Below, one piece after another: positions 1 to 13,178 of a DNA stretch of 64,000 nt. The notes under the pieces are model-generated. The model made no database searches. It saw only the letters and a list, made by a program, of their open reading frames with translations, and was not told the origin of the DNA. The stretch's first letter is position 1. Each line of letters starts with the position of its first letter. The stretch is from Escherichia coli. Lineage in GTDB: Bacteria > Pseudomonadota > Gammaproteobacteria > Enterobacterales > Enterobacteriaceae. Where the stretch lies: assembly GCF_003334385.1 (NCBI RefSeq), contig NZ_QOWN01000011.1; one strand, written 5' to 3'. Made by a program: the position numbers and the translations under genes.

Positions 1-384
1 CAGGTCGTCCACCACCAGAACTTTGTCGCCCGGTTTGATGGCATCAACGTGGATCTCCAGCTGATCGGTGCCGTATTCCAGGTCGTAAGTTTCACTGATG
101 GTTTCACGCGGCAGTTTGCCCGGTTTACGGACCGGTACAAAGCCAACGCCCAGACCCAGAGCTACCGGAGCGCCAAACAAGAAGCCACGCGCTTCGGTGC
201 CGACAACTTTGGTAATGCCCGCATTTTTGTAACGCTCAACCAGCAAGTCGATGCTGAGAGCGTAAGCTTTCGGGTCTTCCAGTAAGCTGGTGACATCGCG
301 GAAAAGAATGCCGGGTTTTGGGTAGTCCTGAATGCTTTTGATGCTATTTTTGAGATACTCAAGCTGCTGTGCAGTCGCGGTCAT
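1..384 (-). CDS. apt: adenine phosphoribosyltransferase (first 128 codons; 3' end lies beyond window start)
   Basis: Reverse-strand translation from ATG at 382-384 reads [41 protein letters not shown]..., matching E. coli Apt; frame stays open to position 1, which is why it is absent from the ORF track. Confidence 0.9.
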
Positions 385-536
385 AAGTGTATGCCTGCTT
401 GTTACGGTGGTACTCACGGCGCGTTTTAAACGTATCAAAAGTAACAGTTGTTTAACCTTTGACCGCCTGCGCCTGTGCTCGAAAACGCCAGAATGTACTG
501 GCTGTACGCAATAATTGCAACTGCGATTGTTGTGCT

Positions 537-914
537 TCAGTGCTTTTCTTGCTTTTCATCAATCACCGGAATTCGCCACATATAGAAAAGCAAACAGGCG
601 AGAATTACCAGCAACATGATGCGCACCCATGGCATCTGGACGAACCACAGAGAAATGGCAAACGTGAGCAAAATAAGCAAAATCGCCCGCGGTTTGACGC
701 CGCGCGGCATCGCATGATGTTTCTGCCAGAAACGTAGATAGCTGCCAAACCATGAGCGGTACAGCAACCAGGCGTGAAAGCGCGGGGAAGAACGGGCAAA
801 GCACCAGGCCGCCAGCAGGATAAACGGCGTCGTCGGTAATACCGGTAATACCACGCCCAGCGTACCCAGCACTACCGCCAGCCAGCCAATGATGATTAAA
901 ATGATTCGTTGCAT
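537..914 (-). CDS. ybaN: inner-membrane protein YbaN (DUF454)
   Basis: 125-aa [23 protein letters not shown]...; full-length match to E. coli YbaN; hydrophobic helices. Confidence 0.92.
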
Positions 915-983
915 ATTGAGTGTTGTCAGCTTACAGAGTGGCTACTTTAGCATAACAATTATCATTTTCATTGAGGTCTTATC

Positions 984-1511
984 GTGAAAACCGCCCTGCT
1001 GCTGGAAAAACTGGAAGGACAGCTCGCTACGCTGCGTCAGCGTTGTGCCCCGGTGTCACAGTTCGCCACGCTAAGTGCTCGTTTCGACAGGCATCTTTTT
1101 CAGACTCGTGCGACAACACTACAGGCTTGTCTCGACGAGGCGGGCGATAATCTGGCTGCGCTTCGTCATGCAGTTGAGCAGCAACAGCTGCCGCAAGTGG
1201 CCTGGCTGGCGGAACATCTGGCGGCACAACTGGAAGCCATCGCGCGTGAAGCCTCCGCCTGGTCATTGCGCGAGTGGGACAGTGCACCACCGAAAATTGC
1301 CCGCTGGCAGCGTAAACGTATTCAGCATCAGGATTTTGAGCGGCGGCTACGTGAGATGGTTGCCGAACGCAGAGCCCGTCTGGCGCGGGTGACCGATCTC
1401 GTGGAACAGCAAACGCTGCATCGTGAAGTGGAAGCCTATGAAGCGCGCCTGGCACGCTGCCGCCATGCGCTGGAAAAAATCGAAAACAGGTTAGCGCGTT
1501 TAACCCGCTAG
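984..1511 (+). CDS. priC: primosomal replication protein N'' (PriC)
   Basis: 175-aa [30 protein letters not shown]... with GTG start at 984; matches E. coli PriC. Confidence 0.93.
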
Positions 1512-1524
1512 CAATGGAGAGAAT

Positions 1525-1686
1525 ATGTCACTGGAAAATGCCCCTGACGATGTCAAACTGGCTGTCGATTTGATTGTGCTGCTGGAGGAAAATCAGATCC
1601 CTGCCAGTACCGTGCTGCGCGCGCTGGATATTGTAAAGCGTGATTATGAAAAGAAATTAACGCGCGATGATGAGGCGGAAAAGTGA
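1525..1686 (+). CDS. ybaM: small protein YbaM (DUF2496), 53 aa
   Basis: ATG at 1525, TGA at 1684-1686; hand translation [53 protein letters not shown]; below the 60-aa cutoff of the ORF track; sits 14 nt after the priC stop as in E. coli. Confidence 0.85.
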
Positions 1687-1739
1687 GAAATAAATGGGGT
1701 CGCTAAATGTCCCCTAAGGTTGCGGGCAAACGCAAAACT

Positions 1740-1848
1740 GCCTGATGCGCTACGCTTATCAGGCCTACACCGCTCCTGCAATATATTGAATTCTTGCGGT
1801 TTCGTAGGCCGGATAAGGCGGTCACGCCGCATCCGGCATGAACAACGC
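1740..1848. repeat. BIME: two inverted REP palindromic units
   Basis: gcctgatgcgctacgcttatcaggcctac (1740-1768) and gtaggccggataaggcggtcacgccgcatccggca (1804-1848) between convergent ybaM and mscK; classic REP consensus. Confidence 0.85.
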
Positions 1849-1867
1849 GCACTTTGTTAGCAATCTC

Positions 1868-1899
1868 GGGGCAACTAAATGTTGCCCCCTTTCGTTTTT
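1868..1899 (+). terminator. putative intrinsic terminator for priC-ybaM
   Basis: hairpin ggggcaac-taaat-gttgcccc followed by ctttcgttttt; T-run overlaps the mscK stop codon on the other strand. Confidence 0.5.
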
Positions 1900-4800
1900 A
1901 CCCTACCGCTGGCGTCGGGTCATCGCCTTTGTAGTCGCGTTTTACTTCCGTCACCTCATCGCCCTTCTCGTTGTGCAGATGCACTTCAAGCTGGTTAAAG
2001 GCAATGTTGATGTCGTTTTCACGGCACAGCTGATCGATAGTACGGTTCAGCTCATCGACAGTACGACTACGGTCACGCAGTTCACGCACATACAGACGCA
2101 GCTCATGATCCAACGTGCTGGCACCAAATGCCGTAAAGAAGACTTCCGGCATTGGTTCGTGCATCACCCTTGGGTGCTCAGTCGCCGCCTTCAGTAACAC
2201 TTTACGCACTTTTTCCAGATCGGAGCCATAGGCCACGCCGAGACGGATCACCAGACGCGTAGTAGTGTCAGTCAACGACCAGTTGATCAGACGCTCGGTA
2301 ACAAACGCTTTGTTCGGGATGATCACTTCTTTGCGATCGAAATCGGTAATCGTTGTCGCACGAATACGGATCTTACTTACCGTCCCCGAGAAGCTACCAA
2401 TGGTTACCGTATCGCCAATACGCACCGGACGTTCGAATAGAATGATCAAACCGGAGACGAAGTTACCGAAAATTTCTTGTAAACCAAAACCAAGACCTAC
2501 GGATAATGCTGCGGCCAGCCACTGGAGTTTATCCCAAGAGACGCCCAGCGATCCGAACACCGTCATCGCACCAACAGCAATAATGATGTAGTTAAGGATG
2601 GTAGTAATGGCATACGACGCGCCCTGGCGCATATTCAGTCGCGAGAGCACCAGCACTTCCAGTAAACCAGGCAGGTTGCGAATCAACGCCCAGGCCACCA
2701 TTGAGGCGATAATCGCAAACAACAGACTGCCCATGGTGACGTTTTTCACCACCGCAGCGCCAGCTTCAGTGCCGTTGTAATGCCAGAGCGTGATGCTGTC
2801 GAGATAGCTGAACACGGTGATCAAATCGGACCAAATTGCCCAGAACATGACACCGAACAGCGCAAACATCAGCAACATGGTAATACGCAGCGTCTGCTGG
2901 TTAACTTGCTCCAGTGCAATGGTGGGTTCTTCCGGCGGTTCAGCACCTTCTGCGCCCTCTTTCACCAGATTCTGCCGACGCGCCAGCGCACGACGCCAGG
3001 CGATACGCCGCGCCGCTACGCTTAAGCCACGCAGTACCGTCTGGTACAGCAGGTTCCAGATGATCACCAGATAAACGGTTTCAATCCAGCGTCCTGCCAG
3101 ACGCAGCGTAGTGTAGAAGTAGCCTGTAGCAGTCAGCACCATCAGCGCAATCGGGATTATCGACAGCACGGTAATGGTGACCAGTCGCATGGTGTGCGAC
3201 TCTTTATCACGCCAGCTTTCGCGGCACATCGGCCATACCAGGAAGGCAATCAGCAGCAGGTTGAAGAAAATCATCGCTTGCCCCAGCACATCATCCATCA
3301 GATGCAGCGGGGAAAGTTCTGCCACCACAGACCAGAAATGGATAGGCAGCAATGCGAGACTGATGCGGACAATTTGCCGACGCCAGTGGCTGGTCTGCTG
3401 TTCCGGCATGCCGAAGTGACGTACGGCAACGCCGTTTTTCTCCAGTACCTTCCAGCACAGGCCAAACACCAGCCAGAATATCGCCAGTTTTTTGCTGAAC
3501 GACCATAGCAGTTCGCTGATGTTGAGCTGCATGGTCAACAGAATCAGGCCAACCGCGAGAATAATCAGGCACACCGGCAGCGCACGGATCAGGTCGATAA
3601 GGATCGCTTTTGGTGTGTTGAGCTGGCTGTCGTTACGCAGGGAACCCACAGCGGAAGCCAGTTTTTGTTGATACGCTTTCAGCCAGCCCAGACGCCAGTG
3701 GATCAGCCCGGCAATCAACAGCAGCGGCAAACCAGCGAGGAAAGCGATAAAAACGGCGGGCCAGGCTTTTTGCCAGTTCACCGTGATTTTCATCGACTTA
3801 AATTCATCTTTCAGGCTTTGCGGGAACGCTTTGATCCAGTCCCAGTCCATTGGACGGTTACTGTTCACCCAAAAGATTTGCTGAGTCAGGATGGATTTCA
3901 GGTTTTTCGACACACTCATTAACTGCTGCTGGTTGATTTGCAGGTTAATGGCCATCATCAGCTGGTTACCCAACTGTTTGTTGAGTTGATCCAGCAATTC
4001 GCGACGCATATCAACCACTTGCAATAACGCATCGTGAACTTCGCTGTTGACTTCGTTGGTGTGACCTTCTTCCAGTTTGTTGACGAACGCATCGCTCTGG
4101 AAGAGTGCATCACGCTGCTGGTTAACTTCAAACTGTTCGAGACGCAAATCCGCGATGCGGTTGGTCATGTTTTCCAGTTCATCCGCCGAGGGCAGCGTTT
4201 GTTGTTGCTGGTAAAGGATACGAGACAACAGCAGGCTGCCCTTCAGGACGGCAATCTGCTCTTTAATATTGCGTTCCGATTGCAGCGCCCGCTCCAGCCA
4301 GTTTTTGACTTTAATGTTTTGCTGCATCAACTGATTACCGTTTTCAGTCGCGGTAATCAGACGCTGACTTAACTGCTGGTTAATTTCCAGTTCCTGCTTC
4401 ACCAGCGGATTAGCCTGAATACGCGCGGCTTCATCCGGGGAGACGGCTTCCTGCGCCGTTTTTTCGGTTAAAGTCAGGCGCTTGCTGTTTACCGCTTCTT
4501 GCAACAGTTGTAACTGGTGCTCCAGACGAGCGCTGTTCGCCGTCACGTAATCACGTTGCTTTTGCAAGGTATCCTGCAAGACGGTGTTCCCTTCCAGGCT
4601 TTTACGCTGCTGGTCAATCTCCGCATTCAGCAACGCCTGCTGGGCCTGCATTAACACTTTCTGGCTGGGACGTAAGGCTGTCTCGCCGACATCAGTCCCA
4701 TCCAGACGACTGCGAATTTGTTGCAGCTGCTGCGAAGCGTTATACATCGCATTTTGCACGCGTTCGGGCTGCGTCTGTAACGAAACCAGCTGGCTGTTAT

Positions 4801-5260
4801 AAGACGCCAGATCGTTTTGTGCGTTTTGCAAATCGTCCAGCGCCTGGGCAACGCGAGTTTCCAGCTGGCGCAACGACAGCGTGCTCAGAATTTTGCGCGT
4901 TTCTTCGTCGTTATCGACATCGCTAAGTGCTGTTAACGCCGCGGTCGCCTGGCGCATTTTTTCCGGCGCTTCAGCGACTTTTTGCCGTAGCTGAACTGTC
5001 TCTTCTTTTATGCGATCGATTTTATCGAGGGTGGCTAATGTATCTGTCAGATCCTGCTGCACCAGTTTGTCCTGAGCAGAAAGATCTTTTTGTTTATTTA
5101 GTGAGTCAAGTTGCGCCTGCAGGTCCGCTTTTGTCGGCAGATCACCATTCGATGACGCCCGCGCAAACGCCGTGTTCTGGCATAACAAGACAAAAACAAA
5201 AGCAATAAATGCTGAAAAAACAAAATGCCGTGATCGTTTGTAATACTGGAACATAGTCAT
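1898..5260 (-). CDS. mscK: potassium-dependent mechanosensitive channel MscK (KefA)
   Basis: 1120-aa ORF MTMFQYYKRSRHFVFSAFIAFVFVLL...; length and sequence match E. coli MscK; N-terminal coiled-coil region and C-terminal MscS-like domain. Confidence 0.95.
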   Translation of the reverse strand: MTMFQYYKRSRHFVFSAFIAFVFVLLCQNTAFARASSNGDLPTKADLQAQLDSLNKQKDLSAQDKLVQQDLTDTLATLDKIDRIKEETVQLRQKVAEAPEKMRQATAALTALSDVDNDEETRKILSTLSLRQLETRVAQALDDLQNAQNDLASYNSQLVSLQTQPERVQNAMYNASQQLQQIRSRLDGTDVGETALRPSQKVLMQAQQALLNAEIDQQRKSLEGNTVLQDTLQKQRDYVTANSARLEHQLQLLQEAVNSKRLTLTEKTAQEAVSPDEAARIQANPLVKQELEINQQLSQRLITATENGNQLMQQNIKVKNWLERALQSERNIKEQIAVLKGSLLLSRILYQQQQTLPSADELENMTNRIADLRLEQFEVNQQRDALFQSDAFVNKLEEGHTNEVNSEVHDALLQVVDMRRELLDQLNKQLGNQLMMAINLQINQQQLMSVSKNLKSILTQQIFWVNSNRPMDWDWIKAFPQSLKDEFKSMKITVNWQKAWPAVFIAFLAGLPLLLIAGLIHWRLGWLKAYQQKLASAVGSLRNDSQLNTPKAILIDLIRALPVCLIILAVGLILLTMQLNISELLWSFSKKLAIFWLVFGLCWKVLEKNGVAVRHFGMPEQQTSHWRRQIVRISLALLPIHFWSVVAELSPLHLMDDVLGQAMIFFNLLLIAFLVWPMCRESWRDKESHTMRLVTITVLSIIPIALMVLTATGYFYTTLRLAGRWIETVYLVIIWNLLYQTVLRGLSVAARRIAWRRALARRQNLVKEGAEGAEPPEEPTIALEQVNQQTLRITMLLMFALFGVMFWAIWSDLITVFSYLDSITLWHYNGTEAGAAVVKNVTMGSLLFAIIASMVAWALIRNLPGLLEVLVLSRLNMRQGASYAITTILNYIIIAVGAMTVFGSLGVSWDKLQWLAAALSVGLGFGLQEIFGNFVSGLIILFERPVRIGDTVTIGSFSGTVSKIRIRATTITDFDRKEVIIPNKAFVTERLINWSLTDTTTRLVIRLGVAYGSDLEKVRKVLLKAATEHPRVMHEPMPEVFFTAFGASTLDHELRLYVRELRDRSRTVDELNRTIDQLCRENDINIAFNQLEVHLHNEKGDEVTEVKRDYKGDDPTPAVG

Positions 5261-5387
5261 GATGAATGAAGGTTTCTGAACCTGAAGAACGACCTGAAAA
5301 AGTCAAACCGCAAGAATATCACGACGCAGTGAACCAGAATAGCAACGACGAAAATGTCCAGGAAAAATCCTGGAGTCAGATTCAGGG

Positions 5388-6035
5388 TTATTCGTTAGTG
5401 GCAGGATTACGAAGCGTGGGGCACAGGAGATACATCTCCAGTAAGATGGCAACGTAATCGCGGGCTTCTTTTTTAAGATCAAAAGATTGCGGGGCAAAGA
5501 GCCAGTTTTCCATCAGGCCGGAAATATAGCCGCGCATAATAATTGCTGCGCGACGCGTCATTAAATCCGCAGGCAACATTTTCGCTTCAATACAATGTTT
5601 TAACGTTTGTTCTATACGGTCATAACTTTCCAGACAGAGATTACGTTGTGCCTGTTGCACAACAGCCATTTCTCCGACAAATTCGCATTTGTGGAATATA
5701 ATCTCCATCAATAATCGACGCCGTTCTTCTGTCACCGTGGATTCAAGAACATGAATTAATATCTCTCTTAATACTGAGAGTGGATCGCCAGGGAATTTTG
5801 CCTGATACTCAAGCTCTAGTTCACCAATATTGGATTCTGACAGTTCCCAGATCTCACTGAACAAATCCGACTTGTCTTTAAAATGCCAGTAGATTGCACC
5901 GCGCGTAACGCCAGCTGCTTTTGCAATCTCGCCCAGCGAGGTGGATGATACCCCCTGCTGTGAGAAAAGACGTAGAGCCACATCGAGGATGTGTTGGCGC
6001 GTTTCTTGCGCTTCTTGTTTGGTTTTTCGTGCCAT
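5388..6035 (-). CDS. acrR: TetR-family repressor of acrAB
   Basis: 215-aa [55 protein letters not shown]...; matches E. coli AcrR; divergent from acrA. Confidence 0.96.
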
Positions 6036-6063
6036 ATGTTCGTGAATTTACAGGCGTTAGATT

Positions 6064-6087
6064 TACATACATTTGTGAATGTATGTA
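6064..6087. promoter_or_regulatory. AcrR operator (24-bp inverted repeat) in the acrR-acrA divergent promoter region
   Basis: tacatacatttgtgaatgtatgta read directly at 6064-6087: 10-bp arms tacatacatt / aatgtatgta around a 4-bp centre; identical to the AcrR operator as I recall it. Confidence 0.85.
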
Positions 6088-6176
6088 CCATAGCACGACG
6101 ATAATATAAACGCAGCAATGGGTTTATTAACTTTTGACCATTGACCAATTTGAAATCGGACACTCGAGGTTTACAT

Positions 6177-7370
6177 ATGAACAAAAACAGAGGGTTTACG
6201 CCTCTGGCGGTCGTTCTGATGCTCTCAGGCAGCTTAGCCCTAACAGGATGTGACGACAAACAGGCCCAACAAGGTGGCCAGCAGATGCCCGCCGTTGGCG
6301 TAGTAACAGTCAAAACTGAACCTCTGCAGATCACAACCGAGCTTCCGGGTCGCACCAGTGCCTACCGGATCGCAGAAGTTCGTCCTCAAGTTAGCGGGAT
6401 TATCCTGAAGCGTAATTTCAAAGAAGGTAGCGACATCGAAGCAGGTGTCTCTCTCTATCAGATTGATCCTGCGACCTATCAGGCGACATACGACAGTGCG
6501 AAAGGTGATCTGGCGAAAGCCCAGGCTGCAGCCAATATCGCGCAATTGACGGTGAATCGTTATCAGAAACTGCTCGGTACTCAGTACATCAGTAAGCAAG
6601 AGTACGATCAGGCTCTGGCTGATGCGCAACAGGCGAATGCTGCGGTAACTGCGGCGAAAGCTGCCGTTGAAACTGCGCGGATCAATCTGGCTTACACCAA
6701 AGTCACCTCTCCGATTAGCGGTCGCATTGGTAAGTCGAACGTGACGGAAGGCGCATTGGTACAGAACGGTCAGGCGACTGCGCTGGCAACCGTGCAGCAA
6801 CTTGATCCGATCTACGTTGATGTGACCCAGTCCAGCAACGACTTCCTGCGCCTGAAACAGGAACTGGCGAATGGCACGCTGAAACAAGAGAACGGCAAAG
6901 CCAAAGTGTCACTGATCACCAGTGACGGCATTAAGTTCCCGCAGGACGGTACGCTGGAATTCTCTGACGTTACCGTTGATCAGACCACTGGGTCTATCAC
7001 CCTACGCGCTATCTTCCCGAACCCGGATCACACTCTGCTGCCGGGTATGTTCGTGCGCGCACGTCTGGAAGAAGGGCTTAATCCAAACGCTATTTTAGTC
7101 CCGCAACAGGGCGTAACCCGTACGCCGCGTGGCGATGCCACCGTACTGGTAGTTGGCGCGGATGACAAAGTGGAAACCCGTCCGATCGTTGCAAGCCAGG
7201 CTATTGGCGATAAGTGGCTGGTGACAGAAGGTCTGAAAGCAGGCGATCGCGTAGTAATAAGTGGGCTGCAGAAAGTGCGTCCTGGTGTCCAGGTAAAAGC
7301 ACAAGAAGTTACCGCTGATAATAACCAGCAAGCCGCAAGCGGTGCTCAGCCTGAACAGTCCAAGTCTTAA
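6177..7370 (+). CDS. acrA: multidrug efflux periplasmic adaptor subunit AcrA
   Basis: 397 aa from ATG at 6177 (MNKNRGFTPLAVVLMLSGSLALTGC lipobox); the track ORF starts 12 codons upstream, which I rejected; matches E. coli AcrA. Confidence 0.96.
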   Translation: MNKNRGFTPLAVVLMLSGSLALTGCDDKQAQQGGQQMPAVGVVTVKTEPLQITTELPGRTSAYRIAEVRPQVSGIILKRNFKEGSDIEAGVSLYQIDPATYQATYDSAKGDLAKAQAAANIAQLTVNRYQKLLGTQYISKQEYDQALADAQQANAAVTAAKAAVETARINLAYTKVTSPISGRIGKSNVTEGALVQNGQATALATVQQLDPIYVDVTQSSNDFLRLKQELANGTLKQENGKAKVSLITSDGIKFPQDGTLEFSDVTVDQTTGSITLRAIFPNPDHTLLPGMFVRARLEEGLNPNAILVPQQGVTRTPRGDATVLVVGADDKVETRPIVASQAIGDKWLVTEGLKAGDRVVISGLQKVRPGVQVKAQEVTADNNQQAASGAQPEQSKS

Positions 7371-7389
7371 CTTAAACAGGAGCCGTTAA

Positions 7390-10542
<3,153 letters not shown>

Positions 10543-10560
10543 TACAACGTGTAATCACTA

Positions 10561-10583
10561 AGGCCGCGTAAGCGGCCTTTTTT
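10561..10583 (+). terminator. intrinsic terminator of acrAB
   Basis: aggccgc-gtaa-gcggcct hairpin then T5, 19 nt after the acrB stop. Confidence 0.75.
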
Positions 10584-11087
10584 ATGCATAACCTACGAAC
10601 ATTAAGGAGTAATTGAACCACCAACTCAGGATCTCATACGAAAACCAGTATTAACCACGGATAAAATTCATAAAAAATACTGATTGTTAGTTAATTTATA
10701 TTAAGTAGCGCTAATAGATTTAATAATCCATAATCATTTAGAGGCTATTCTTAATTATTTGCGGTAATTCTTTATTCATTCCTCGGTTATTACGTCATAT
10801 TCAGAGCAATCCTGGTATTAGTGTCACCAATTTCATCTGGCGATAATCCTGAAATGTTATGAATAGTTCGAGCAAACTGCTTTTACCTGCTGCGGGTTAG
10901 TGCTAGTATGAAAAAGTGAGTCCTGTCCCGCTTCCTTCCTAATTGTAATTTTTCGTAATAATGCGATGAAAACCTGCAAAGAGTGGCTTATAGTTAAGCT
11001 AACAAACGAGAGGGCAAGTCCAGGTCAGTAAGTTTTTTCCATCCCGAAAGGTGTCCGTTAGTTCAACCGCTAAGAAGGGGACGCGTT

Positions 11088-11462
11088 ATGGATGAATACT
11101 CACCCAAAAGACATGATATCGCACAGCTTAAGTTTCTCTGTGAAACCCTGTATCATGACTGCCTTGCAAACCTTGAAGAAAGCAATCATGGCTGGGTAAA
11201 CGACCCAACCTCGGCGATCAACCTCCAGTTGAATGAACTGATTGAGCATATTGCGACCTTCGCACTTAATTACAAAATTAAGTATAATGAAGACAATAAG
11301 CTCATTGAGCAGATCGACGAATATCTGGATGACACCTTTATGTTGTTCAGTAGTTATGGTATTAATATGCAGGATCTTCAGAAATGGCGGAAGTCAGGTA
11401 ATCGACTATTCCGTTGTTTTGTCAATGCGACGAAAGAGAATCCTGCGAGTTTATCTTGTTAG
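11088..11462 (+). CDS. tomB: Hha toxicity modulator TomB (YbaJ)
   Basis: 124-aa [39 protein letters not shown]...; matches E. coli TomB; preceded by AAGAAGGGG ribosome-binding site. Confidence 0.94.
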
Positions 11463-11487
11463 AATTATTACAACCATAGGTAGAAGT

Positions 11488-11706
11488 ATGTCCGAAAAAC
11501 CTTTAACGAAAACCGATTATTTAATGCGTTTACGTCGTTGCCAGACAATTGACACGCTGGAGCGTGTTATCGAGAAAAATAAATACGAATTATCAGATAA
11601 TGAACTGGCGGTATTTTACTCAGCCGCAGATCACCGCCTCGCCGAATTGACCATGAATAAACTGTACGACAAGATCCCTTCCTCAGTATGGAAATTTATT
11701 CGCTAA
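11488..11706 (+). CDS. hha: haemolysin expression modulator Hha (H-NS co-regulator)
   Basis: 72 aa from ATG at 11488: [72 protein letters not shown]; this is the C-terminal part of the 154-aa track ORF. Confidence 0.94.
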
Positions 11707-11877
11707 TAAATAATTCGCTTTCGGAGCTATAACCGGCTGTTTATTAAGAATTTTATACTTTTTCGCCATGAAGACATACCCTATGTGATCTTTATCACAC
11801 AGATGTAATGGGAACGTTCTCTTCACTGACTTTTCGTCTTACTGTGTTGCCGCATTTTCAGCAACCGGAGGTCAGTA

Positions 11878-12429
11878 ATGAGCACAGAAAAAGAAAAGAT
11901 GATTGCTGGTGAGTTGTATCGCTCGGCAGATGAGACGTTATCTCGCGATCGCCTGCGCGCTCGTCAGCTTATTCACCGATACAATCATTCCCTGGCGGAA
12001 GAGCACACATTACGCCAGCAAATTCTCGCTGATCTATTCGGTCAGGTGACAGAGGCTTATATTGAGCCAACGTTTCGCTGTGACTATGGCTATAACATTT
12101 TTCTCGGTAATAATTTTTTCGCCAACTTCGATTGCGTGATGCTTGATGTCTGCCCTATTCGCATCGGTGATAACTGTATGTTGGCACCAGGCGTTCATAT
12201 CTACACGGCAACACATCCCATCGACCCTGTAGCACGTAATAGCGGTGCTGAACTGGGGAAACCCGTCACCATCGGTAATAACGTCTGGATTGGCGGACGC
12301 GCGGTCATTAACCCTGGTGTGACCATTGGTGATAACGTCGTGGTAGCCTCAGGTGCAGTTGTCACAAAAGATGTCCCGGACAACGTTGTCGTGGGCGGTA
12401 ATCCAGCCAGAATAATTAAAAAATTGTAA
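11878..12429 (+). CDS. maa: maltose O-acetyltransferase
   Basis: 183-aa ORF with hexapeptide-repeat left-handed beta-helix signature; matches E. coli Maa. Confidence 0.93.
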
Positions 12430-12544
12430 TCGGTTTTTCGCAACTGTTATGCAAAATTGTGGTAGATCTGTTACTTCCCCTCTACTATTCCCACGTTAAA
12501 ATAGGGTGTTCCCTGGAAAGTTGCAGATACCACGAAGGCAAACG

Positions 12545-13015
12545 ATGACCGAAATACAACGCCTGCTGACCGAAACGATTGAGTCTCTGAATACCCGCGA
12601 AAAACGCGACAACAAACCCCGCTTTAGTATCAGTTTTATCCGTAAACATCCGGGGCTGTTTATCGGTATGTACGTTGCTTTTTTTGCCACCCTGGCGGTG
12701 ATGTTGCAGTCCGAAACGCTGTCAGGCTCTGTCTGGCTACTGGTTGTATTATTTATCCTGCTTAATGGTTTCTTCTTTTTCGATGTCTACCCACGCTACC
12801 GCTATGAAGATATCGACGTGCTGGATTTCCGCGTTTGCTATAACGGCGAATGGTACAACACGCGCTTTGTACCTGCCGCGCTGGTTGAAGCCATCTTGAA
12901 CTCTCCGCGTGTCGCGGATGTTCATAAGGAACAACTGCAAAAAATGATCGTCCGTAAAGGTGAACTGTCTTTTTACGATATTTTTACCCTCGCTCGCGCC
13001 GAATCAACATCTTAA
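12545..13015 (+). CDS. ylaC: inner-membrane protein YlaC
   Basis: 156 aa from ATG at 12545 ([27 protein letters not shown]...); two predicted transmembrane helices. Confidence 0.88.
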
Positions 13016-13178
13016 GTTAGGGTTACATACCAGGCGTAAAGCTCTGCGCCTGGTCAAATGACAATGATCGTTTCCACCCATCACTTCATGAAATACCAGC
13101 TCTACCTCCTTATCTCCAGCCAGCCTTTTTCCACAATCAGATATACTTTCCCTACACTGTGTTAATAAGGATATGCTG

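Noticed and set aside
5816-6355. 179-aa minus-strand ORF spanning the acrR-acrA promoter region
   Set aside because: It overlaps the 5' ends of both acrR and acrA and the AcrR operator; it has no ribosome-binding site and no resemblance to any protein I recognise, so it is a chance open frame across a regulatory region.
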